From Candidatus Latescibacterota bacterium (GTDB taxonomy: Bacteria > Latescibacterota > UBA2968 > SICM01), in NCBI GenBank assembly GCA_965217865.1, contig CBDCJO010000002.1, forward strand, positions 1,440,001-1,504,000: a stretch of 64,000 nt of DNA, in the 5' to 3' direction. The position numbers were made by a program, and so were the translations under genes. Below are positions 20,120 to 29,654 of this stretch, in pieces (position 1 is the first letter of the stretch; each line of letters begins with the position of its first letter). The notes below the pieces were generated by a model. That model was given only the letters and a program-made list of their open reading frames with translations. It was not told where the DNA came from and did no database searches.

Positions 20120-21538
20120 TCAAAGCGCGACTACCAGCCCCCCATCCCTCAGGCCGATGACCGTCTTTTCAAACGCCGTCGTTGCCTGCTCAATATCCCT
20201 TTCGGTGTGGGCAGCCGACAGCACTCCACCCGTGGAACTCATAATATCCACCCCGTGAAAGCGCAAATGGCGCTGGTACTCGTCGATCAGCTCTGCCGGC
20301 ATGCCCTTGAGCCGCTTCGCATCACCGGTATGAAGATCCTCCCGGCTTGCAGCCACGCGTACCCTTTCCGGATCCGTCTCAAAATAAACGTGAAAGGTGG
20401 AGCACGGTCCGTACACGTAGCCGGCGATGCCGTGGCGCTCGAGCACCTTATCCCAGGCATCGCGCAGATTTTCAGCCAAGGCATTGGCACGTTCGATCGG
20501 CTTGCCGGTGGCCACGCTTTTGAGCACGGCCACACCAGCTGCGGCTGAAAGCGGGGCCCCATTGAAGGTGCCCTGGTGCGCCACCCGTTCAAAGCGGTCG
20601 TGGCGGGGATCCCCCGTCATATCGAAGAGGGCCAATATCTCCGCCCGTCCCACCACGGCCCCACCCGGCATGCCGCCGGCCAGGATCTTGGCAAAACAGG
20701 AAAGATCCGGCATCACGCCATAGAGCTTCTGCGCTCCACCCGGACTGAAGCGAAACCCGGTGACCACCTCGTCCAGAATCAACTGCACATTGTGCTGCGC
20801 CGTCAACGTCCTCAAACCGCGCAAAAACTCCGGATCCAGAGGGATCCGCCCCCACGAGGCTCCCGACGGTTCCAGAATAGCAGCCGCGATATCTTTCTCC
20901 TGTTCGAGTACCTTCTCAACCAGCTTCAAGTCCCCGTCGGGAATCCGCACGATATTAGCGCTCACCTGCGGGGGGATCCCCAGCGACCCATCCGCGTCGA
21001 ACGGCGGTTGAAAACCGTGAATCACATCGTCGTGCCACCCGTGAAAGTGCCCCTCAAAGCGCAGAATCTTGTTGCACCCGGTAAACGCACGGGCGAGACG
21101 CAAAGCCAGCAAGGTCGCCTCTGTGCCCGAATTGACAAACCGCACCCGCTCGGCCGACGGCACCAACTCCTGCACCTGTTCTGCCCACTCGATGTGCAGT
21201 GGATGATCGCTGCCAAAATGCGTCCCTCGGCCCACCGCCTCGGAAATTGCCTCGACGACTTCCGCGGGCGCGTGCCCCAAAAGCAGTGCCCCGTTGCCCA
21301 GCAAAAAATCAATATATTCATTGCCATCCACATCCCACTTGCGCCCTCCGGCCCCTCGCTCAATGTAGAGCGGCATCGGGGCGAAGTAGCGCAAATCGTG
21401 CCCGGCTTTACCGCCCAGCGTATTGCAAGCACGTGCAAAATACTTCGCCGACTTCTGTCGCGCTGCCCCATAGGCCTTGAACAATTCGTTGTTGATCGCC
21501 ATACGGTATCCCTTCGAATGACTTGATTGTTCAATCAA
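20120..21538 (-). CDS. Class III PLP aminotransferase (glutamate-1-semialdehyde aminomutase-like)
   Basis: WDVDGNEYID, RFVNSGTEA, FEGHFHG, LILDEVVTGFR, PDLSCFAKILAGG, GTFNG. Confidence 0.9.
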   Translation of the reverse strand: MIEQSSHSKGYRMAINNELFKAYGAARQKSAKYFARACNTLGGKAGHDLRYFAPMPLYIERGAGGRKWDVDGNEYIDFLLGNGALLLGHAPAEVVEAISEAVGRGTHFGSDHPLHIEWAEQVQELVPSAERVRFVNSGTEATLLALRLARAFTGCNKILRFEGHFHGWHDDVIHGFQPPFDADGSLGIPPQVSANIVRIPDGDLKLVEKVLEQEKDIAAAILEPSGASWGRIPLDPEFLRGLRTLTAQHNVQLILDEVVTGFRFSPGGAQKLYGVMPDLSCFAKILAGGMPGGAVVGRAEILALFDMTGDPRHDRFERVAHQGTFNGAPLSAAAGVAVLKSVATGKPIERANALAENLRDAWDKVLERHGIAGYVYGPCSTFHVYFETDPERVRVAASREDLHTGDAKRLKGMPAELIDEYQRHLRFHGVDIMSSTGGVLSAAHTERDIEQATTAFEKTVIGLRDGGLVVAL

Positions 21539-21602
21539 GTCGTCTCCTCAACCTGAACCACGATGGTTCACCACGATCGGCCAGGAGGTGCACGTCCATT
21601 TT

Positions 21603-22595
21603 TTAGCCTTCGTCCATGACTGCCTGAATCATGGCCTGGATATAGCCGAACTCGTAAGCCCAGGCCTGTCGCATACTGTGCGGGTCCTTGTGCCCGGGTG
21701 CGTGGTCGGGCACGCACATGTGTTCGTAGCCGACCTCTTTGAGTGCCTGCATGTTGCGATGCATGTTCATCACACCCTCGTCGGGCCAGACTTCCTGAAA
21801 CTTGTTGCGCTTGCCAACGATGTTGCGGAAGTGGCAGAGGAAGATCTTGTTGCGCGAGCCGAGGGAGCGGATGATGTCGGGCACTTCGTTCAAGGGATCT
21901 TCGACGCTTTCGGCCATGCATCCCAGGCAGAGGTTGACGCCGTGATAGGGGCTGGGGCAGATCTTGATAAATCTCTTGAAGCCATCAAAGCCGCCCATTA
22001 CCCGGTCGACTCCCTTATAACCGGACGGCAGCCAGGGGTCGCAGGGGTGGCAGGCCATGCGCATCTTGCATTCGGTGGCTACGGGGATCACCCGTTCAAG
22101 GAAGGTGGTGATGCGCCGCCAGTTTTCCTCTGCAGTGACGGGCTCGTCGTAGCGCTGCTTTTCGGCGTCGGCCTTTTTTAAATCCCAGGTGCTGTAGATC
22201 GAGTTGCCTCGTCCGAGCGGTAAGCTCTCGGTGCGCTGGTTTTCGAGGACGCAGAGGTAGTATTTGATGGCCGGGATGCCGGCCTCAGCCGCCTGGCGTA
22301 CCATGCTGCAGACCAGTTCGATCTCCTTGTCGCCCTCTTCGTAGTTGCCCATCATGAAGTTGGGGACGCTGTCGCCGTTGATGTTGAAGTGGGCCATGGG
22401 CAGGGCGACCATTTCCATGTCGATGCCGAAGCGCGAACACTTCTCCTTCTTCTCGACCAGCTCTTTGACTTCCCAGCCGTAAGCGCGGTGGAATGTAATA
22501 AAGTTTTCGTTCTTGTTGGCCACCCCGTGTCGTGCCAGGTACTCGAGATCTTCGTCTGAGGTATTGAAATGCTGAGTGCCGACGTGCATGGGCAT
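21603..22595 (-). CDS. Mannonate dehydratase (UxuA) family protein
   Basis: FLERVIPVA...MACHPCDP, NLCLG, HFRN, PDHAP, G(Y)IQA motifs. Confidence 0.85.
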   Translation of the reverse strand: MPMHVGTQHFNTSDEDLEYLARHGVANKNENFITFHRAYGWEVKELVEKKEKCSRFGIDMEMVALPMAHFNINGDSVPNFMMGNYEEGDKEIELVCSMVRQAAEAGIPAIKYYLCVLENQRTESLPLGRGNSIYSTWDLKKADAEKQRYDEPVTAEENWRRITTFLERVIPVATECKMRMACHPCDPWLPSGYKGVDRVMGGFDGFKRFIKICPSPYHGVNLCLGCMAESVEDPLNEVPDIIRSLGSRNKIFLCHFRNIVGKRNKFQEVWPDEGVMNMHRNMQALKEVGYEHMCVPDHAPGHKDPHSMRQAWAYEFGYIQAMIQAVMDEG

Positions 22596-22768
22596 TCGCC
22601 TTGATGGTATGGGAAATATCTGGTTTTACGTTTTAATCGATATTGGCCGGAGCGGATTTGCGGACATTCTGAGCTGTGCTATTTCGCCTTTGCATCCTTT
22701 GAAGATCCCCTTGGCTATGAGCGTTCGCGAAACGCGAGACGTGCCTCACACTTCCATACCGGCTGTGG

Positions 22769-24454
22769 TCATCCTGACGGCAGGTGCTGTTCAAGTAGCT
22801 TTCTGATTTCGCTATTGTCTCCCTTCTTCGCCCAGTAAAGCGGCGTTGCCCAATCCGAGTCGGCTGGGACGGAGGCATCGGCGCTTTGTTCGAGTAGAAA
22901 ACGCACCATATCCCCATTTCCCTTCCGTACTGCTCCTGCCAACGGTGTGCCGCCCCGCTCCAGTTCGATCGCATTGATGTCGGCTCCGTACTCCAGGAGG
23001 ACCTTGACGTTCTCGATGTCGCCCCTTTCGGCCTCCTTGTGCAGGAACGTCCGGCCGATCCAGTTCGGGCGATTCGGATCGAGGCCTGCATCAAGAAGCT
23101 TCCTGACGCACTCAGGATCTTCGGGAAGACATACTCCATAGAAGCCACCCGGCCTCAGTTGGTCTGGCGCTCTAGGAATGCGGCTCAGGACCAGATCGAT
23201 CAGATCGCTGTCCGCTTTCCCGAACAGGTTCAGGAATTCGTACTCGCTGGATTCGTCCAGGTCTCCTGCACGTACGGCCTCCTTCAGTTGATCCAACGAC
23301 ATCGCATACGTTGGCATCCGTGCCCCGAACTCTCTGAGCAGATCCTGCATCGGACCGCAGGCATCCGGGTGGCGGTGTTCGACGATTGTCGAGCAGGTGC
23401 CGGATGAGTCCCCCCCGGCGTTCGGGTCTGCGTCGTTCTCCAGGAGCAGGCGAGCCATTTCGATGTCGTTGCGGGCAGAAGCCTCAAAGAGGGCTAATCC
23501 ACGGGGGGCGAGTTCCTCGGGCCTGTTCGGGTCCGCCCCCTGTTCCAGAAGGAGTTTCACGATGTCGGTGTAGCCCTGTTTGGCTGCGCACGCAAGAGGG
23601 CTCCGCCTGGCGGAATCGAGACGATTGGCCTGTGATGGATCCTCTTTCAATATCTTCTGAATGGTCTCGACGTCGCCGATCGAACAGCCCACCGTGAGTG
23701 GACAGTACGCACCCCGGGCCAGCAAGTAGCCGACGACGATCCATTTGTTCTTGGTGGCTCCATGGTCGCGATCCCAGTAGTCCCCGTACACTGTGTACTG
23801 GACGGGTGTCTGGCCGTCCGCCCGGTTTGCATTGATGTCGACCCCCAGCTCCAGGAACCGGTCGATGAGCCCGTGCTGACGCGTCAACGCAGCCGTGTGC
23901 AGGCCGGTGGTCCCAAAGGCGTTGCTTCGGGTCGCAAGATGAGGAGCTTCATCAAGAACTCGCTCAACTGCTTCTGCATCTCTGGATCTCACGGCGTCGA
24001 AGACCCGATTGAACTCAGGATCGTAGTTGAACCTCTCGGACATCGCCTGTGCCAACAGCTGCTTCACGGTGTCGTACCCACGCTCTTCTGAGACCGCCAG
24101 CAGCTTGTCCCAACTGCTGTACGTGAACCGAGACTGCCCTGGATCCGCACCTCGTTCCAGCAGCAGCTGTACGACGTGGCCGTGTCCCTCACGCACGGCC
24201 ATGTGGATGGGGAACTCATAGGAATGTTGAGCATTAACGAGGGCGGGATCTCGATCCAGGAGGGCCTGGACCCGCTGCATGTCGCCGGCTGCTGCCGTGC
24301 ACATCAAGGCCCAGGCATCGTGTCCGTCCACCGGTTCGACACCGTATACGTACGAGTCCGTCTTCATGTCGCCGGGCTGTATCATACGTGATAGCTTATC
24401 TGCGAATTCGCTATCATGCGAAGAAGCATTTTCGGTCAGTTTTCGTTTGCCCAT
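22769..24454 (-). CDS. Ankyrin-repeat protein
   Basis: Multiple ankyrin repeats (PIHMAVREGH, SPLACAAKQG, GTPLAGA, ATPLYWA). True start MGKRK at 24454 with RBS GAGGAG. Confidence 0.9.
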   Translation of the reverse strand: MGKRKLTENASSHDSEFADKLSRMIQPGDMKTDSYVYGVEPVDGHDAWALMCTAAAGDMQRVQALLDRDPALVNAQHSYEFPIHMAVREGHGHVVQLLLERGADPGQSRFTYSSWDKLLAVSEERGYDTVKQLLAQAMSERFNYDPEFNRVFDAVRSRDAEAVERVLDEAPHLATRSNAFGTTGLHTAALTRQHGLIDRFLELGVDINANRADGQTPVQYTVYGDYWDRDHGATKNKWIVVGYLLARGAYCPLTVGCSIGDVETIQKILKEDPSQANRLDSARRSPLACAAKQGYTDIVKLLLEQGADPNRPEELAPRGLALFEASARNDIEMARLLLENDADPNAGGDSSGTCSTIVEHRHPDACGPMQDLLREFGARMPTYAMSLDQLKEAVRAGDLDESSEYEFLNLFGKADSDLIDLVLSRIPRAPDQLRPGGFYGVCLPEDPECVRKLLDAGLDPNRPNWIGRTFLHKEAERGDIENVKVLLEYGADINAIELERGGTPLAGAVRKGNGDMVRFLLEQSADASVPADSDWATPLYWAKKGDNSEIRKLLEQHLPSG

Positions 24455-24486
24455 GTTCAGGATCTCCTCTCTCAGCCGCTTACGGG

Positions 24487-24604
24487 CATGACTGCCTGAA
24501 TCATGGTCTGGACTATAGCCGAACTCGTAGGCCCAGTCCTGGCGCATTTTGTGCGGGTTCTTGTGGCTGGGTGCGTGGTCGGGCACGCACATGTGTTCAT
24601 AGCC
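24487..24604 (-). pseudogene. 3' fragment of a second uxuA-like gene
   Basis: About 118-bp diverged copy of 21615-21731 (GYEHMCVPDHAP...WAYEFGY) with a 1-bp insertion. Confidence 0.8.
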
Positions 24605-24707
24605 AAGGCAGCTATCCCATCTTTGAGTGTGGTCTTACTTCTTGTTCAAAACGCTCTGAAAGGATGTCCTCTGCCTGATCGAGTTCATAGTCCATTTGAA
24701 GCCCTAG

Positions 24708-26233
24708 CAGCCTGTTGAAAAAGTGCGTTTATGCCAAGATGACTGTTGTCTTTCCTTGTGGTTTGGTCCTATGATATATCAGGTTCAAACTGAGAAGGGA
24801 GGACGAGCAAATGGCAATGGGAAAACGAGGACGACAGAGACAGGAAAACCTGTTCATCGCATCGAACACTTTGGTGAAATCTCCGGGTCATCCGTTCTAC
24901 GAGAAGCTGAATCAGGTATTGGGGGCGAACGGCTTCGACGAGTTCGTCGAGGGGCTTTGCCAGCGGTATTACGCTCCTCATATGGGTCGCAAGGGCATTC
25001 CGCCCGGGGTTTATTTTCGGATGCTTTTGATTGGGTATTTCGAGGGACTTGATTCGGAACGTGGGATCGAATGGCGTGTATCTGACTCGCTGACGTTGCG
25101 CCGGTTTTTGGGGTATGCCCTTGACGAACAGACCCCGGATCATTCCAGCCTGTCTCGCATCCGGCATCGGCTTCCCTTGGAAGTTCACGAAGCGGTTTTC
25201 AAGTGGATCCTGAGGGTCTTGTGCAAAGCGGGTCTGGTGAAGGGGAAGACGTTGGGCGTGGATGCTACGACACTGGAGGCCAACGCCGCGATGCGCAGCA
25301 CTGTACGCCGTGACACGGGTGAAGGCTACCAGGCATTCCTTGAGAATCTGGCCAAGGCCTCGGGCATTGAAACGCCTACCCGCGAGGACTTGTCCAAGAT
25401 CGATAAGAAGCGACCGAAGAAGGGATCGAACCAGGACTGGGAGCACCCGCACGACCCGGATGCCAAGATCGCTAAGATGAAGGACGGTCGCACGCACATG
25501 GCGCACAAGGTGGAGCACGCGGTGGATCTGGACACCAATGCCATTGTGGCAGTGGCGTTGTCGGGAGCAGATGAAGGAGATACCGAGTCGTTGCCCTGGA
25601 CGCTGCTCGAGGCGCCGCTCAATCTCAAGCAGGTCGCGAAGGACGAAAAAGCTGCCAAACGTTTGCACAGACAGCGTATACGGGAGGTGGTTGCGGACAA
25701 AGGATATCATAGCAACGATGTATTGACCAGTCTGAAGCAAGGCGGCATCCGGAGTTACATTTCAGAACCGGATCGGGGACGCCGCAAGTGGAACGGCCGA
25801 CGAGATGAGCAGGCCGCGGTATATGCGAATCGACGCCGGATCAAGGGAGATCGCGGCAAGGCCTTGCGCCGAAGTCGTGCAGAACGGGTGGAAAGAACCA
25901 TCGCTCACACATATGATACCGGTGGCATGCGCAGGTTGCACTTGAGAGACCGCGGCAATATCCTCAAGCGTTTGCTGATCCACATCGGGGGCTGCAACCT
26001 GGCTCTGCTCATGCGCAAAGTGATGGGCGTAGGTACTCCGAAGGCCCTCCAGGACCTGGCCAAGGCCTTGCAGCGTCTACTGCTCGTCCTACAATCACGT
26101 TTGCTGCCCTCGGTCACCTTTTTAACCTCTTATCAGCGTCTCCTGCTCAATCTCCTTACCTTGATTTATCCGACCCGCACTCCAGGCGTCTTTTCCGTTT
26201 ATGTGTGTTGAAAGGTAGTTCTTCAACGGGCTG
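24708..26233 (+). mobile_element. Complete IS1182/IS5-like insertion sequence, 1526 bp, CTAG target duplication
   Basis: IRL CAGCCTGTTGAAAAAGT vs IRR (revcomp) CAGCCCGTTGAAGAACT; CTAG at 24704-24707 and 26234-26237; single transposase. Confidence 0.92.
24811..26211 (+). CDS. DDE transposase (DUF772 + DDE_Tnp_1-like)
   Basis: GRKGIPP, SERGI, TPDHSSLSR, GVDAT, DPDA, VADKGY, R...VER motifs; RBS GGAGG. Confidence 0.93.
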   Translation: MAMGKRGRQRQENLFIASNTLVKSPGHPFYEKLNQVLGANGFDEFVEGLCQRYYAPHMGRKGIPPGVYFRMLLIGYFEGLDSERGIEWRVSDSLTLRRFLGYALDEQTPDHSSLSRIRHRLPLEVHEAVFKWILRVLCKAGLVKGKTLGVDATTLEANAAMRSTVRRDTGEGYQAFLENLAKASGIETPTREDLSKIDKKRPKKGSNQDWEHPHDPDAKIAKMKDGRTHMAHKVEHAVDLDTNAIVAVALSGADEGDTESLPWTLLEAPLNLKQVAKDEKAAKRLHRQRIREVVADKGYHSNDVLTSLKQGGIRSYISEPDRGRRKWNGRRDEQAAVYANRRRIKGDRGKALRRSRAERVERTIAHTYDTGGMRRLHLRDRGNILKRLLIHIGGCNLALLMRKVMGVGTPKALQDLAKALQRLLLVLQSRLLPSVTFLTSYQRLLLNLLTLIYPTRTPGVFSVYVC

Positions 26234-26458
26234 CTAGCCAGAACTGAGGCGGCATGTTGAAATAGCGAGCTAAGCGCAGTGCTGTATCGGCCGTGATACC
26301 CCGTTTACCTAAAACAATTTCATTAATACGTCGAGGTGATACGCCCATATCTAAAGCCAATCTGTTCTGACTAAGCTCCATAGGCTTGAGGAAGTCTTCT
26401 ACCAAGACTTCACCTGGATGTAGAGGAGCTCGTTTCTTCTTCGACATAACGACCTCTC

Positions 26459-26497
26459 CTAATGATTATCTACAATCTCGACATTGGAGGCGCCCCG
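26459..26497 (-). pseudogene. C-terminal remnant of a HigB toxin
   Basis: Reads ...ASNVEIVDNH* just upstream of higA, matching the HigB C-terminal VEIVDYH motif; the rest of the gene is absent. Confidence 0.65.
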
Positions 26498-26526
26498 TCA
26501 AAGATCATAAATCGCCTCTCTATCAT

Positions 26527-27189
26527 TCATTCATCCCATTTTACGATCAAACCGAGATATTCGGAAAGCCTGGCAGCCTGGTAGGGTTCCACGACGATTC
26601 CATCGATGGATTCCGGATTGATGTGTATGCCGTCTATGGAGGAGCTCGAAAAGTCGACGCCTTTCAGGTTTGCATGCGAGAACTGTGCCTTATCGAGATT
26701 GCAATCGGCGAACAGGACCCCCGGGAGGTCGGCGCCGTGAAAGTCTCCGCCGTCGAGTTTGCACTCATCGAACCGCGCATTCTTAAACCCGGACATCCTG
26801 AACTGCGCCATTTCGCCTTTGCATCCTTTGAAGATCACGTCCCGGAATATCGCTTCGATGGCCTTAAACCCGGTAATGCGGCATTCGATAAATTCGGTTC
26901 TGTAGAATACGGCCTTGCTCAAGTCCGCATTGGCCATGTCGCAGTTCTCAAAAATGGCATCTGTGGCTTCAAGTTTATGCAACTCGCTGTTGGCCAACTT
27001 GACGTTCTTTACACGAACCGAGTCGAAGATGAGTCCCTTCGCCTTCTGGCCGGCGAAGTTGCAATTGGACAGAAGGCCATTTTCGATTCGAATTTCATCA
27101 GCGATCTTCCCTAAGGTAATTTCCGAAGGATTCGGGTCCAGGCCCGGTTTTGCGATTGTTCTTTTCGGAGGCTTGGAGGGTTGTTTCAT
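26527..27189 (-). CDS. Pentapeptide-repeat protein
   Basis: Tandem A(D/N)LXX / F..C.L repeats. Confidence 0.9.
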   Translation of the reverse strand: MKQPSKPPKRTIAKPGLDPNPSEITLGKIADEIRIENGLLSNCNFAGQKAKGLIFDSVRVKNVKLANSELHKLEATDAIFENCDMANADLSKAVFYRTEFIECRITGFKAIEAIFRDVIFKGCKGEMAQFRMSGFKNARFDECKLDGGDFHGADLPGVLFADCNLDKAQFSHANLKGVDFSSSSIDGIHINPESIDGIVVEPYQAARLSEYLGLIVKWDE

Positions 27190-27447
27190 CTGAAAATATC
27201 CCGGAGGAGAGTGATTCGGATGTGAAGGTTACCGGCCTGGTGAGGTCAGGGGCGTCGAAAGACGAGGAGATGATCCTTTTCATGAAAGTATTTGAACTTG
27301 GATACCCCTTCCTTTGGAAGGGGAGGAAAAGTTTAGCTTGCTGAGGGTAAGCTAAAAGGCTGTTTTGTCCGTACCGTAGTCGAAAAGGTAACTTCTAAAG
27401 TGATCAGAGGATATATTCGGTTTCATCTTCAAGAGCAGAAAGGGCCC

Positions 27448-28146
27448 CTACAGTTGGATCTGTTTGGGGAGGGGAGTGGTTAATGCCCCGCCCTTTGGGC
27501 GGGGTGATTTACTCATCGATTTCGAGCTTTCCAGGGGGAGATACTCTCCCACGACGTGAATCACAAAGGCTACGGTCCAAAAATATGATGGGTATTCAAA
27601 TTGCCCGGAACCGGGCACGTTGATTTTGCCGAGGTGTTGACCCGTGGACCTCTCGTGCGGATCTCCGCCTTTCAGGATGGCTTTGTCGAGCCCATCGCGC
27701 ATGGTCAGAATGAAGCGTCCGCTGGAGCGGAGTATTCTCCTCAGGGTTCTGGCGATTCCTGCGGCTTCACCGTAACCGCATTCGACAATGTTCTTGACGA
27801 ATATGGCCAGATCGAAACTGCCTTCTCGAAAAGGCATGCGCGCGTAGTCCGCCTGGATGAACAGAGATCGACGGTCCGTATCCTGAGCGATTTCCCGAGC
27901 GAATCGGATTGCCTCGAGCGAGCAGTCGATTCCCGTGGCATCGGCTCCAAGCTCTTCTGCTTTGAATGTCATTTTTCCGGATCCGCAGCCGAGGTCCAGG
28001 AGCCTGGCGCCTTTGTGGATATAGGACGCGAGGTGCTCGTCCATCCATGCCGTGTATTTCCTGGCTTCCTCCGTACGGAAGTCCATCCGCGCGTGTCGGG
28101 TGCGGGCCATGGCGTCGATCATTACGCGGGCTTTGTCGATTTCCAC
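27448..28146 (-). CDS. Class I SAM-dependent methyltransferase (3' end probably replaced by a hairpin element)
   Basis: LLDLGCGSG, GIDCS, MPFREGSFDL; RBS AGGAGG. Confidence 0.8.
   Translation of the reverse strand: MEIDKARVMIDAMARTRHARMDFRTEEARKYTAWMDEHLASYIHKGARLLDLGCGSGKMTFKAEELGADATGIDCSLEAIRFAREIAQDTDRRSLFIQADYARMPFREGSFDLAIFVKNIVECGYGEAAGIARTLRRILRSSGRFILTMRDGLDKAILKGGDPHERSTGQHLGKINVPGSGQFEYPSYFWTVAFVIHVVGEYLPLESSKSMSKSPRPKGGALTTPLPKQIQL
27485..27512. repeat. IS200/IS605-end-like or REP-like hairpin
   Basis: GCCCCGCCC-TTT-GGGCGGGGT followed by GATTTAC. Confidence 0.5.
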
Positions 28147-28213
28147 GGTCCCCTCCTGTGCGATTCAACACAGGTTGTTGATTGAAGCAAAGGGCATCGT
28201 CGTGTTCCGTGAG

Positions 28214-28747
28214 TTATTCTAAGAGGTTTGCGATTTTCCGGTATTTGTCCACGGCCGATCTATCCCCTTCGAATGCCAATATTCCATCGCCAATTTCGTC
28301 AGGATGGACAAGCACGAATTCATCGATATCATCCCGGGCTTCCGCCTTTGAGAGGTCATCGGCCTTTACCGTGAAATATGCAATTGTCGTGAAATACACC
28401 ACATCCAGATACAGGTATTTTCCACCGTGCGAACACAGATAAACGGGTGCGGAGACGACAAGGTTCAATTCCTCACGCAGTTCACGGATGAGCGCTTCTT
28501 CCAGGGTTTCGCCGTAGTGGACAAATCCACCCGGAAATGAAAACATGCCTTTATGGGGTTCCTTTGCACGCTTCGTGATGATAACCTTTCCCTTAACCTC
28601 GATAATGCCGACGGCGGCCGCAACGGGGCTGATGTAGTAGACGAAATTACACGAAAGGCAGACGAGAGACTGGGTGTCATTCTGTCGGAGACGGTCCTCC
28701 CCGCATCTCGGGCAGTGCTTGAATTTTACGATGTCCAGCAATTCCAC
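28214..28747 (-). CDS. NUDIX hydrolase with N-terminal zinc ribbon
   Basis: CPRCG...CLSC; Nudix box PGGFVHYGETLEEALIRELREELN. Confidence 0.92.
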   Translation of the reverse strand: MELLDIVKFKHCPRCGEDRLRQNDTQSLVCLSCNFVYYISPVAAAVGIIEVKGKVIITKRAKEPHKGMFSFPGGFVHYGETLEEALIRELREELNLVVSAPVYLCSHGGKYLYLDVVYFTTIAYFTVKADDLSKAEARDDIDEFVLVHPDEIGDGILAFEGDRSAVDKYRKIANLLE

Positions 28748-28775
28748 GGGGTTACCTTATAAATAAGTCTCGACC

Positions 28776-29591
28776 TTACCGACTTCCACTTTTTTGGGCC
28801 ATACAGGTTATCATCGCCATGCGACTCGAATCGATCCCATCCGGGTCCACCTTCAAATCTTCTTCTATCATAGCTATTCCCTCCCGGTATTCGTCTTCAG
28901 AAATAATCCATAATTGAGAGGTGTCTCTGTTTAAGAACTTCTGCAATCTCTCGGACAGTTTTTTTTCGGATATGAGTGGCGCTATGTTCAGGGTTACGTT
29001 GAACCCCCTTTTCTTCAATTCGTCATAAAGCAGATCCGCTTTCCAGAATCGCTTCATGTCTTCTCCGTATGCCGCGGGAAAATATCGATAAACAATCCAA
29101 TCCGTCATCTTTTCAGGCTGGATGTTTACCATCTTCATGGTCCCGCCCACGGATAGGACACGGTATATTTCGTCCAATGCCCTGGGTTTATCCGTGAAAT
29201 GATGGAAGGTGAATTGTGTCGTTATGAAATTGAATGCGCCCGATTCATAGGGCAGACTTTCGGCCCGTCCCTTCATCAGGTTTACGCTTTTTACTTTATC
29301 CTTAGCGATCCGCAGCATGGCGTCGGATGGGTCCATGCCGATCCATCTTATGTTGTAGTCCTTGAAATATTCGATCTGAACTTCCAGGTAATTCGCGGTG
29401 CCGCATCCGAGATCGAGTGCCGTGAAGGTGGCCCCGGCATGGGTCCTGAGAATCCCCTCCAGATCGGTGTCCGGCTTTACGAGCTCTCTTCTAAACCTGT
29501 CGAACCGGCTTGCGATTTTTGAGTAATCCACGGATTTCAAGAGCGTCATCTTTCGAAATCGGGGGGGGGCGGATTCATTTTGACTTCGCAC
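28776..29591 (-). CDS. Class I SAM-dependent methyltransferase
   Basis: ALDLGCGTA, G.DPS.AML, AESLPY, FHHF.D...ALDEIYRVL; the true start is probably further downstream (~29549 or later). Confidence 0.85.
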   Translation of the reverse strand: MRSQNESAPPRFRKMTLLKSVDYSKIASRFDRFRRELVKPDTDLEGILRTHAGATFTALDLGCGTANYLEVQIEYFKDYNIRWIGMDPSDAMLRIAKDKVKSVNLMKGRAESLPYESGAFNFITTQFTFHHFTDKPRALDEIYRVLSVGGTMKMVNIQPEKMTDWIVYRYFPAAYGEDMKRFWKADLLYDELKKRGFNVTLNIAPLISEKKLSERLQKFLNRDTSQLWIISEDEYREGIAMIEEDLKVDPDGIDSSRMAMITCMAQKSGSR

Positions 29592-29654
29592 TTTTTGGTT
29601 TTATATTCTTCTCAAACTTCCATGTAATGTACCCAAAACCGGGGTCTCTCGACA

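Larger units (their letters stand above)
24612..26447 (-). pseudogene. higA: HigA antitoxin interrupted by an IS (pieces 26234-26447 and 24612-24707)
   Basis: HPGEVL.EDFLKP...ITADTALRLARYF.M.PQFW|L resumes across the IS as LGLQMDYELDQAED...KMG*. Confidence 0.9.

Noticed and set aside
20120-21538. Gene symbols hemL (and hemE for 32137-33267)
   Set aside because: Family motifs are present, but the sequences are divergent and there is no heme-pathway context.
24455-24592. Apparent UxuA-ankyrin fusion protein
   Set aside because: The extension is a decayed uxuA fragment with no RBS; a strong RBS precedes ATG 24454.
24769-25740. 323-aa minus-strand ORF within the IS
   Set aside because: Antisense to the transposase; no family features.
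26527-27189. Calling the pentapeptide protein a Qnr quinolone-resistance gene
   Set aside because: Pentapeptide repeats alone do not establish Qnr function.
28160-28220. GAATAAC...GTTGAAT between the NUDIX and methyltransferase genes as an attC
   Set aside because: No pairing arms between the putative core sites.
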